Assembly: GCA_003614675.1 (NCBI GenBank)
Contig: ML002266.1
Location: 1 to 53,573 of the forward strand
DNA length: 53,573 nucleotides
From: Dimargaris cristalligena
Taxonomy: Eukaryota
Direction of reading: 5' to 3'
In this document: positions 12,121-24,066 of the stretch, piece after piece
Numbering within the stretch: the first letter of the stretch is position 1
Layout: each line of letters opens with the position of its first letter
The notes under the pieces: generated by a model
Seen by the model: the letters and a program-made list of their open reading frames with translations, nothing else
Told to the model about the DNA's origin: nothing
The model's database searches: none
Position numbers and translations under genes: made by a program

Positions 12121-13931
12121 TGGCCTGTTTCATTCTTTTTATATTTTTATAGAACCCCTCCAAGTAGGGATAGCATTCCGTTAAGGAGGGGGTAGGAAAT
12201 ACCCAATCTCCTCTTCCCTCTCCTTCTTTTATGATTTAAATTGCCAATTGTAGCATTGGGGGGTATACTAAACAATCGCCGCCGAGAGAGCCACTAAATG
12301 AATTGCTAATGTACATTAAACTGTCATGTAAAACTGAAGTTCGGAGGTTTTTCCTTTCTTGGATGGTTAATCCGAAATTGCATATATATGTTGAGCCCTT
12401 ATAGTAATAACCCACTGGCATATATTTGGTGCTGTAATCGCTTTGGTTTGATTCAATGATGTGGATGTTTCCAAATAATGGCGCATCTCCCCAGGGGTCT
12501 CGCTTTCAATTGCTAAACCCTGGTTAATAAACAGCTGCTTGCTGCAAGGTACCTGTGGTCTTTTCTTCAGAATGGTTCATTATTTTCAAAAACCATGGAT
12601 GTCGGCAACGCCCTTGCTAGTTCTTAGTGTTAGGTACCTACACTTCACCCCCCCCTCCCGCATTTATTTTTCCGTGTATCTAACTCGAGCTCGACAAGGT
12701 CCAATCCTCCATCTCATCCGAACTGCATGTCCACGGTGGTCTACCGCCTGGGACACTGTTATAAGGTGTAAAAGGGAACAGCCAGCCAAAGTCTAATCAA
12801 AGGCCCATAATTGAATATATAAGAGAAATCCGATGCAGCTGTATAACGAACCATCCGTTTGATGGGGCAGGTCTTACAGGTGAAAAAGAAAAACCCCGTC
12901 GGTTTGCCCATACATATAAATGTATATATATATATCGCTTGAAAGTGTGTACAGTTGCGGACTCTCATCCTTATATTTATGGATTGTCCAAGCCCCTCTT
13001 TGCAGTTCTTTTCAAAAGCAAACCGATGCTATTAAGCTTTGGTTTTTCAGCCTTGGTATACTGCCATCAAGGAAACTGGCAAAACTCGTACATACAACCG
13101 GAATGCATATTTGCGCCCATCCATGTAATGACAAGTTAAAAAACCTCAATGTTAATTACCCCGGGGAATAGACCAATATAAACAAGACGCGATGCGCTTG
13201 TCAGGTTACGTTTACCTTTAGCTCACTTATAGTATCGTAGCAATCTAACGGAATCTGCGGCTGCTCATTGTTTTTGCGGACTGAACTGGTGACGACCACA
13301 ATTTATCGGTGGCTAGCCAACCACATGCATTAAAGAACTAAAAAATAAGGCTTAATTTTACAGGGGGAATGGGAGCATAGATAACTTATAAAATACTTAA
13401 ATAAACCAAATATGTCGTTAATGGCTCACGTCGATCATCGCGTTCATTGTTGAAAATAATATAGTAGTATAATATGAGATACTCATGAACCCCAAGAACG
13501 CATCAGCCAAATAATTTAACTCGTTAATAATAATCTGACATCGCCCCAACTACTCTGGACAGCAGGATAAATAAACCATAAATATAACGTTCTTACATAA
13601 TACCAACCTTTATGTCAGCAATTATATATCATCCATCTTTAGTACAGCCAGTGAGTGGCAGTCGAGAATATATTACTGCCACCCGCTTAAATGTTTATAT
13701 ATGCTCGATAGTAGCGGAAAGACCATAAAAACGTGGAAATATCCTTGTATATAATTACAATATAGGTGGGTTATAGTGTTGGCCACGGAGCCCAACTAAG
13801 AGTGAGCATAGTAGTAATGATAAGTAGTTGATGTGCAAATATACCTTAAGGCAAATTCCAAAAAACAAAACAGCCGAGGGCCAGCATAATTACTTTAGAC
13901 GGAGAATTTGGGAAAACGAAAAACCCTTTCA

Positions 13932-15479
13932 CTATACCATCAAGTCCAGTTGATCATCGAGAACTTCGAGAGATAGCCAAAGAGACTCATTTAACCCGTA
14001 TATGTCTTGGAGTAATATCTCCGCAGTCGAACGGTGCACTCGGATGGCCAATTTGAGGTTGCCTTCGGAGCCGCGGCGTAGGTGCACCATTCCACCAGCC
14101 GTGAAATCCTTGAGCGTAGGGGGCTGCGTATAAGAGTCCGGTTTTAATACGAGGCATTTGTTCTTGGCCGTCATCTATCCCAGTGCACCGACCAAACAAC
14201 AGTGCCTTTTAGATAACTCAGACATTTTATCCTTGTCATAAGAATTGGACGGGCCAAATTCCCAGCTCAAAAGGACCATGCACATCAATAAATTGGAGAA
14301 GTTTCTCTCCGCATTGGTTAGCGTTAACGCTTTCATTAGTGTATCCAATTCGCTTTATTGGCCGGTGGTAGCAAGGACCGCACTGATGCTGACCATCCCT
14401 TGTTTCCAGATTAGGTCAGTAGTGCCCTCGGACCACCCCCGCCCAAAGTTGTTAACGGGGTATTTGCTTATCGTTTCATTTGCGTATTTCTTCGAAACAT
14501 CCCCGTAAGACATGTCTAATGTCTTATACGTAAGGCTTTGCGGGATCATAGAAAGTTCGTCTGCGTTCAATGCTGGCAGAGTATTAAGCAACGGGAATAG
14601 GGCTCGCCTTTGTGGTCTGTTTAACCCAGTATAGTATATATACGCCCATTCCGCCTTAACGAGATTCCTTCGGTCCGGTTTGGATAGGCATTCCAGGGAT
14701 TCCTCAGAATAAGTCGGCAGACTCGGATGTCTATCAATTTTAACTCTATAGCCGTCGCTATTTTCCCAGACGGCGGTCATGAGTACGCCCATTGGCTGCA
14801 ACGGAAAAAGTAGGGTTAAATCAACCAAATTGGCAATATATATAGTGCTTATTACAGGCTTAATATCTCGTGCCTTTCCAGCGGCCGATTATAAAGGGAT
14901 GTACACGCCAGCGAATAGCCGTGATTAAAAATAGAGATTAGTCGATGGGCGTAGAAACGGAAATTGGGTCAATAAACCCATACGCTAACCATATGTGTAC
15001 AACTCGAAATGCCAGCCTTCGAAATAGAGGGGCCAGTCCCGATAATGACTAGTCGAATGACAGCGCGGCTGGGGGAATGTTTTATTCGAAACGGGTAGAC
15101 TTACTTTGAAAAAATTCTTAGTGTCTTGGTGTTTCTTGAAGACATCATATAATTGGCCATCCACTTGGGAAAGTCTCCAACGGTCATCAAATGATATTTT
15201 GTCCATTATTAGATGGATAAGTTCGGGAGGGAGTTTTGTCAAATGGTGAACGGATTAGCTTTGAGAAGCCTCGGCATGCGCATTGAAAACTTTCCTGCGT
15301 GTAGGTTGCAATCTAAATATAATTTTGTCGTCGTCGTCATCATCATCGTCTGATGTATCGTCGTTAGAATAATCGTCATAGTCTGATATCCCATCTATAT
15401 CCACACATTGAGGGCGACTAGCTACACTGTAGGCCGGGGCTAGACCTAACAAAGTGGCGGGAATAAGGTACAACTTCAT
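13932..15479 (-). pseudogene. Secreted F-box-like protein gene (412 codons, 2 exons) interrupted by three in-frame stops
   Basis: ATG at 15479 (MKLYLIPATLLGLAPAYSVAS signal peptide), exon 1 15479-15105, phase-0 intron 15104-14796 (GTAAGT...TTTAAC...TTGCAG), exon 2 14795-13932. Four listed ORFs join into one reading frame with TAA at 15257-15255, TAA at 14357-14355 and TAG at 14177-14175. F-box-like LTKLPPELIHLIMDKISFDDRWRLSQVD starts at 15242. Confidence 0.75.
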
Positions 15480-16513
15480 TGCCAACAGACGGCAAACCGA
15501 TGAAGTGAACAGGAGACGAGCCTGAAAAATAAATAAATTGAATTGGCCAAACACGAGCTAATACTAATAGCGGAATACAGCAGGGAAATCAGCTACCGGC
15601 TAGAGTGAGGTAGGCCGGGCGGCAGTAGGCGTGGTGGAAAAAACAATGGGGGGAGAAAGGGCAGTGTAAATATAGGAGACGGATACTGGGGAGGCCTAGG
15701 CAGGGAGGGTGCCAGTTGAGCCCGTCGGGAGAAGTCGAGGCCATGCTCAACCAATGTCTGCTATTTAGTAGATATTTTTTTTTGGCACACGAATACATAC
15801 CCTACGTATGTGCCTTGCAGCAGAGAAAAAGGGCGGTCGTTCCACCAAAATATAATGGGGGGATATTTTCAATCCAGGTCGTTGGACTGAGTTCTCTATT
15901 CATATGTTAACGAATACAAATATACAACGCGGGTAACACAGAAATGGCCAAGTTGTGGCTAAACAACGCTGTGGTGTTACTTCGTGCAACCCTGCGCGGT
16001 GAGTGGCATTCTCTTTCCAGGGTGACCATAGGCTTAATTGTGAGGCAGTGGGGCTAGGAATAACCACCGCAATAAGGTCCGCACCATGAATCGCCTCAGT
16101 ACGGGATTTAAGCCGCACAAAAATTAATTGACATAGGGGATCGGGGCACACAGAAGTGACTAATAAGTCCACTAGACGTGGCGTTCGGCAGTCGTTCGTT
16201 GTCACCCTTGGGCTATGAGAAACTGGCCCAAACGAAACCAACGTCCAGCCGAGATTTCACGATACCTATTCTAGTGCCCCAGGTCAATAGTCCCCCTATG
16301 GTGACTCTCCCTTATGTTATTTTGGTGGCGGTGGTTGAGGTTAGTCAAAAAAAAGGGGAGGGAGTAAAAAACCCCCCGTTACCTAACGCTGACCGAGGTT
16401 GCCATATCGGTTCGCAGCGCTCTTCGTATTTCCCTCTTCAATCACCCAGTAAGACAATGGTATGACGGATATATAACCCTTTTTCAGTGTGGTGTGATAT
16501 ATACCCCCGAGCA

Positions 16514-17230
16514 ATGGCACTGCCGGTCACTTTGCTTCTCACTTTCCTATTGTCGGGAGTGTCACCAACCCAGCCCCTATGTAACTCCCCATTATATATT
16601 ACGCATAGCTACGGGAATCCAAAGGGTGCCATTTATAAGAATAGGCCATACCAGACTGTATCCCTCTTCCTCTAGACGGAAACTTAGGAACGGTTGGGTG
16701 CTGCTATACGCCAAGCACACCAATGGGCTCGCCACGATTAAGCCATCACTCCACCACCTCATGAAGCCGTTTACAAAACCCGTTATTTCACCCCGAAAAT
16801 CACATGCCCTTAGTCATTTCCAGCCGCCTTGTTCATCTACACGCCCTCCCTACATTACCGCTATGTTTAACTAAACGAATTCCTTTATACTTGTTGACTA
16901 TAATACTGTAGGAATGACTATCGGTCATCGAACTTTTAGCCCACGATTATTGTTTCTTGAGCCACCATGTAAGCACATAATTGCCCTCTGAATGAGTAGA
17001 CGGGCTTCCCATATTGAGCTGAAGGGCAAATAAGAGGTCGGGCCTAATTTTCATCAGAACCATTGGCTAGCAGCATCACGGGTGTGCTGGCCTGAGTGTG
17101 CCTTTGTGATGCTCGCCCTACATCCCAATTTACTGTACATAGGGGTCTAGTTATGGAATAGCTGACATCTTGGCCAAATGGGCTGGGATGGTCATTTCTA
17201 ACTTCCGGCATTATCGACGGGGCTTCCTGA
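16514..17230 (+). pseudogene. Degraded relic resembling a secreted S28-family serine peptidase (PRCP/DPP7-like) N-terminus
   Basis: Collinear fragments: signal-like MALPVTLLLTFLLSGVSP (16514), YKTRYFTPKI (16772), HRTFSPRLLF (~16925), AFVML (~17100) and YGIADILAKWAGMVISNFRHYR (17152). These match in order the S28 motifs YF.Q..DHF, TF.QRY, PIF...GGEG and G....LA....A.V...EHRYYG. Stops, frameshifts and remnant splice sites lie between them. Confidence 0.4.
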
Positions 17231-17900
17231 TGGAGGCATTGCCTATGTATCTGTAATAATTTTCTCGGAGTGATAGCTGTGTTATCCCATCCCCTCCTCT
17301 TTTTGCCGTTGGGGGGCTGGGGCTGAATAACTATGGCACGGGCAGATAAATTATCCCCAGAGGTGCCATTTGAAAGAACTCTCTAATATACTATACATTT
17401 CCCTAGAGAATAACTACATCACCTGAAGGACTTTAGCATTCCCTTGCCGCGTTGTTTACCACCATTGTATGGCATCTATCTACACTACATGCCACTGGGG
17501 TTGGGTGTCTTGCTATATTCAGCCTAGTTAAATAGAACTTATTGCCCCAGGCGAGTCTGTGTCTTATAGGGTAAACATAATGTAAAATATTATGTATCAT
17601 TTACTCATATTGGCGTACAGCCTGAGGTGAATTATGAGTAATATGAGGCTGATATTACCGCAAGGTATATTATACAAGATAAGTGCAATCTAGCTGTGCA
17701 CTATTAAGTCCATTTGAAACAACTGATTTTATGGGTGTAAGGGGCTTCTCACCTAGTTCCCCATACGCATTACAATCAATTATTATTATTTTTACAGTTA
17801 AGTTAAATTTCACCTATATTTATTTCTATATAATAGTGCTGTGACTCGATCTATATATAAATGAAGAGAGGGCACCTCCACTCTACTATATAAACGTACT

Positions 17901-18470
<570 letters not shown>

Positions 18471-19728
18471 TTAAACGGCAGAGTTGTTAGTGGTGGTGGT
18501 AGTGGGAGGAGGAGGGGGGGGTTGTTGATGACCCTGGGTGGCGGAACTTCAACAATTAAGGAAACACGGGAAGACGGAGTCGGAGTCGGAGCTGGAGGAG
18601 CGATGGAGGGATGTATAGGGGTAGTTAGTTAGTTCAAAGAGCGGAATCGAAAAGAGACGCGCTTGGGGTAGAATGATGGAGGGTGGAGGAGGTTAGAACC
18701 GCGGAATCTAAAAAGGTAATTGTAGGCAAACTGGGAAACACGAATATAATAAAATCCAGGTGTGTATGTTTAAGGAAATGTGCCTCATTGGAATCTAGGG
18801 GAAGCGGAATCACTTGGCATACAGCTGCCAGATAAAAATAAGTAAAGCATCCAGATGGGATGGCGTTAAGGCAGGCTGGTAGGCTTTTCGGAGGAATTGG
18901 AGGCCGCAGTCAATTTGGGGCGTGTCTGTGGTATATACAGCCTTAATTATACCAAGGTGACGTTGATTAGATGTAGGCCTCTATCCTCTCCTCCACCATT
19001 TGGGATCATTTCTGATGATACCCACCCTTATAGCTACAATAAATGGTCGACCAGAGAAGCTGGGTGGGATCATTTATATAAATCTACCATCTAAGAGAAA
19101 GGGGGTGCAAAAGCGACGTGGTTGAAACATGTCCTAGAGATATCAAAAATTATTAAATATATATATGTGTATATAGGACCACCGACTGCTTCAATACACC
19201 AATAAACAAACAGTGGGACATTATACCATAGGCAAACAACCGCCAGATCAAGTAAAGTAAGGAGAGGAGGGGGAGACAAGGCTTAGCAAGTGCTAGTAAG
19301 TAGTGGATGGACGAAAAGGACGAGAAGAAGAAAGACGAGAATCATCGCTGTTTGGGAGTGGACGGAGAGGGAAGGAATATTCATGAGAAACTGCTGACAA
19401 AAACCACAGACGCAGAGTACGAAGCAAAGAGACTACAGAAATAACACGCACACGCAGTTAAAAGAAAAGGTGACCAAAGGCAATCAACCGTGGATATCTA
19501 ACTACCCATTGAAATATATGTTCATAAACCAACAAAACTCTCCGAATTGAAGAAAGCGAGAGATACGAGATTTCGGAGAAGGCCAGCCGATAACAGCCTC
19601 CCCCCCATCAACTTTATAAAGGCGATACTGCTCAATCAATATATCTATATCCATATATTTAGATATCTGATTACTTGCCCTTTTTAGTCCAGCACTTTTG
19701 CCCCATCTAACTACACCACCTTACCGAA

Positions 19729-21709
19729 CTAGTTTCGCACGTAGAACAGGACGTATGGTAGACAATCATCGGACCCCTGCGTAATGACAGTTTCGTGGGC
19801 AATCCGCTTAATGGCAGTATCGTCAATATTCAGCCACTGCGACTTGGACTGCAAAATGTCGCAGGTGTAGTGACCGCCCGTCAAATGACGGCCGTGGTGG
19901 TACACGACAGCCAGCAGGTCATACTGGATCGGTTTCTTGGGCTGCCGGTGGTGCGGGGGGAAGAGGGTGGAGGGTAGGACCAAGTGATGGCCGTATTCGA
20001 GGGGCTTCTGCAGCTTCTGGGCGCCATTGGCGCTGGTGTATACGAACCGGTTGATGTGCAAAATAAGGACGGGGGGGAGTTCTTCCAGCTGGAGCTGCTT
20101 AGTGGCTTGGACGGTAAACCCGCGCGGGTCGGTGAAGCCCTCGAGCGTTTCGGGTTGAACCAGGTGGTTGAGCGCATCTTCGACCGTTTTGACGGCCGGT
20201 GGGCTGATGTCCAGGAGGAGGGATTGGAAAGGCTCGTAGGTGATGGAGTCCTTGGAACCTGGGCAGCGTAGTACTGACCGTTGTTTGCCACCGAAGATCT
20301 GGGTGATGGGCGAGTCGTTCGCGGCCACGGTACGAGTGCTCGACACGCGGTTCTTCTTGCCCACCTCCATCCAAGCGTAAGGGGTAGCAGCACCTGTGGC
20401 ACCATTGCCACCGTTAGTCGCCTCCGCTGCCGCGCCATTGGCGCTCTTCTGGGACCGGCCCACGGACATGAACTCGTCATGCAAGCCCTCCAATAGGAAT
20501 CCCATAAATTCCTGGGCATCTTCCTGCCGACCCCTCAATGAATCGAACTTCTTGAGGCTGCGGAGGGCATTGTAGACGTTTTCGGGGCTCAGCGGTTCAC
20601 CCACTTCATCGGCGGCGGTGCTGATGGGCAAAGGCTTACTCTCCCGGAATTCGTTGACAAAGGCCACTAGGGAATCGGTTAACGGGGTGGAGCTATTAAA
20701 GCTGTGGGTGCTGTGAGTCTCAATCTTTTTAAGGAGGTTAAAGAAGGGAGGGCAGAAGAGGAGGGCCTGGAGAATGGAGTTCATGAAGCACATGTTGCCA
20801 CTGTTGACCAGGCCACGCGGCTGAAGCGTGGTGCGCTGGAAAGAAGGGAGGAAATTGGCCAGTGTATCGGCAATGGACCGGAACCGGGGTGATCCGTTCA
20901 CTAGGCCATTGGAAGAATTCGCAGTAGCGCCACCATTGGGGGCGGTGGTTTTACGCGTAGGGGTAGTGGTAGCCGAGGAAGGCGCATCGGTAGCCGCCGA
21001 AGAATTGACAGTGCCAGACTCGGGGGTTACATTAGCTTTGCCGGCTTCGCGGGCCTTGACTAGGTCGGCCCATGATTTGGTAGTCGAGGGTTTGGTGCCG
21101 TCTTGCGAAGCGCTTGGCTTAGCAGGGGTGGCTTGAGGGACAGGCCCGGTTTGGGGGGCGGCCTTGGCTGGGGCCGGGGTAGCTGTGGTAGCGGTAACTG
21201 TGGATTTTTCGGATGTCTAAAAAAGTGGCGTTACAAAGGCGGGATCAATTCAAGTAAGTATCGGTGGGTTAGATCCAGGACTTAAGATTTGGACATGGAT
21301 GTTTGATACACGCCTGAGAAAATAACCTATATTAAAGAAATGGGCTAAATAAATATACATATTATCGGCCTACGCCATAGATAAGTACGGTATCTCGCGG
21401 TAGGGAGAGTACACTTACCGAGAGGGCCAGGGGAGTGGGCTCGGGTTTCTTTTCGGTGGCTGCCGGAGTCGTCGCCACAACCTTGGGACTGGGCTGTGAT
21501 GGTTTGACGGGCAGGGGTGTCGTTACAGGTACTTTCGGCCTTATTGGGGCGGCCTCGGCTGGTTTGATATCATGTTCAGGGGCAGTCTCGGAGACTTTGC
21601 GGGCTTGGCGGGCCTGTTTCCAGTAGCCGGTTGGGACCTCGGATGAACACCACGGTAGCTTGAGGGTCGATTCCTGAACCTCCAGGTCATCGAAGGAGTA
21701 TGGCGACAT
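19729..21709 (-). CDS. UBP3: Ubiquitin-specific protease Ubp3/USP10 family, ~592 aa, 2 exons
   Basis: Exon 1 21709-21419, phase-0 intron 21418-21217 (GTAAGT...TAG), exon 2 21216-19729. KSWADLVK motif, Cys box PRGLVNSGNMCFMNSILQ, GRQEDAQEF, WMEVGKKN, His box YHHG...GGHY and WLNIDD. The exact start is less certain. Confidence 0.93.
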
Positions 21710-22590
21710 GGTGTCGAGTCAAAAACAGACTATGCACTAGTAATGGACTAGAGATCGATATACAGGGAATGGGAAAAGTGGGTCGACAGATGGATAAACT
21801 GGACGTGGGTGTATGCGTATATATATATATATATATGTATATGCGTGTGTGTGTGTATGCGTTTGCAGATGAACGTAGAACTGCTAAACGAGAGGTTAAA
21901 CGAGGAAACCGATTGAAAGAGACGGAGGAATGGTAACGAAACAGAGAGTGACTTTAATACAAGACGAAAACAGCGGAAACAAGAATAGGGCGGCTAGGGA
22001 GAGTGTTGGTCAGGTTATAGTAGTTGAAGGTGGCCGAATAGTCCAGCGAGGAGGAGAATGGAAGGAATCGGACTTGGACAGCTAAACCAAATAAAGGGCC
22101 ATGTACCATAAAACTAAGGGAAAAACGCAACGGGTCACTTGGGCACTACTATACTACTATACTACTACTACCACTACTATAAGCGAAAAAGCGGCACAGA
22201 GAGAGAACCCGGCTAACGTGGCTGCTTGTAGGTCAGTCTAGTGGTGGGAGGGAGGGAATTTCAAGAGATATCATTATGATATGGGAGGCAGGGAAATCTA
22301 GGCTGGCCGGTGGGAGAAAAGCCTGTCCATTGCATAATACTTCGGCTCTAACCCAGAATGCCTCAAACTAGCAGAGCACTACCACTCTATTACTCAGTAA
22401 TTGTGGACCCCGTTGTCCCAGTCCCGCTTCCTTAACTCGTCGAAGCCTTCCATGGGAACTACTCCTCTTCCAAACTAAGTTCTCCAAGGCCACATCCACC
22501 GTACCTTTGCTACTTCTTCGGCCCCTCTTACCATATTCCCTATTGTGACCACCCGATTCACCCTGTGATTGAGTTTCCCCCGACGACCGA

Positions 22591-24066
22591 ATGCCACCAC
22601 CTCCGCCTACCCCTATACCCACAGTGGCCCTATTCCATGGCCTTGCCTACATCACCTATGCATATTACACACTAGTCATAACCACTGCCTTGGCCTTGTT
22701 ACCCCTCCTGTCCGTCCGACAGCTCCTTCTACATGGCAAGACCCGATCCGACGAAGCTAAACCTCCTGCCCGTGAAACTCATTCAGTTATCCACCGCTTC
22801 TGGTCGAGGTTCCAACGGTGCACGGTTCCCAAGCACTGGTTTGCCCATTTTTACCTGGTTGGCGCGGTTTGGAACGCCTCCCTAATATGCATTATTCTCA
22901 AATACTTCGCTCTCAGCTCCAATGCCGCCAACATCGACGATGGCTCGCCCATGTATTACGTCTCCGGGTTGGCCAAGTGGCTGTCGGCGGAATTTCAATG
23001 GACGTTCACTGTGGCACCACCACCACCACCCGGTAGCTTACCAAACGGGCTAACCCATAGTTTATTTTGGGACTGGCTATCAAACGCCGTAGCTATAGGC
23101 CTGGATTACGCCGCCGTACTGACGACAGGCTCTGTCCCAACCCCGATTCTACAACGGCTGGATATTGCGGCTCTATCCGTCCCCACAGTATCCGTCATTT
23201 TGCTACTCCTATTTCAAATCCACCTCATGCGGCGCGTCATGGAATGCTATTTCATGCAGCGTCCGTCAAACTCGCAAATGCACATAGGACACTACCTACT
23301 GGGACTATCGTTTTACATTGTCACGGTGCCCACTCTGCTGCTCGATACCCTTCGTTTGACCCTATGGGACGCTAGTATGCCCGCGTTAACGGCCACCACC
23401 AGTCCCTTCCCCCCACCTCTCCCCGATTCATTTGGATCCCAGGCGGTGCGGATGCTATATCCCCTTCTGGCATTCTTTTTATATGGTGTAGCATCGTACC
23501 ATCAATCCCGCTGCCACTATATCCTCGCCCAGCTCCGCACCCCTTCCGAGCCAGTCGCCCCGACAGCCCCCAAAGAAGTTAGAAAAGGCAAACGCCCCCA
23601 GTTCCCTCAGTCGGCTCTTACTGAGACCCATGGCAAGTCGTCGGTGGACGCCAACAAAGGTCGCAGCACTTCTGCGGTCTACCGAATTCCCGCTGGCGAT
23701 TGGTTTACCGGGATCGAATGTCCCCATTACTATGCCGAAATTCTGATTTATCTCTCACTTACTTTCATGGCCGTGCCGTGGCTGGCTACCACCGTAGAGC
23801 CTGCGACGGAAAACTTCACGCAACTCGCCGCTAGCCCCTCTACGTCGGTGATGACATTATCCCCAGCGGCAGCCATGCCGGAGCACTTGGTCAGCTATTT
23901 ATGGCGCCTAACCACCCCAAAACCGGGTCTTGGCTTGTTATTACTTAATACCTGGAATTTGGTGAATCTGGGCATTTCGGCCTGGTCCACCCATGTCTGG
24001 TACCAACGAAAATTCAAGTCAGAGTTTCCAACGGGGCGGTGGATCCTAATTCCGTATGTGTTTTAG
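22591..24066 (+). CDS. DFG10: Polyprenol/polyprenal reductase (steroid 5-alpha-reductase family, Dfg10/SRD5A3), 491 aa
   Basis: Multi-pass membrane ORF with HGKT, TVPKHWFAHFY, HLMRRVMEC, SQMHIGHYLLGLSFY, HQSRCHYILAQLR, YRIPAGDWF...CPHYYAEILIY and THVWYQRKF...RWILIPYVF. Divergent from UBP3 across 881 bp. Confidence 0.92.
   Translation: MPPPPPTPIPTVALFHGLAYITYAYYTLVITTALALLPLLSVRQLLLHGKTRSDEAKPPARETHSVIHRFWSRFQRCTVPKHWFAHFYLVGAVWNASLICIILKYFALSSNAANIDDGSPMYYVSGLAKWLSAEFQWTFTVAPPPPPGSLPNGLTHSLFWDWLSNAVAIGLDYAAVLTTGSVPTPILQRLDIAALSVPTVSVILLLLFQIHLMRRVMECYFMQRPSNSQMHIGHYLLGLSFYIVTVPTLLLDTLRLTLWDASMPALTATTSPFPPPLPDSFGSQAVRMLYPLLAFFLYGVASYHQSRCHYILAQLRTPSEPVAPTAPKEVRKGKRPQFPQSALTETHGKSSVDANKGRSTSAVYRIPAGDWFTGIECPHYYAEILIYLSLTFMAVPWLATTVEPATENFTQLAASPSTSVMTLSPAAAMPEHLVSYLWRLTTPKPGLGLLLLNTWNLVNLGISAWSTHVWYQRKFKSEFPTGRWILIPYVF

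Noticed and set aside
19881-20519. 212-aa ORF inside UBP3
   Set aside because: Shadow frame of the UBP3 catalytic exon.
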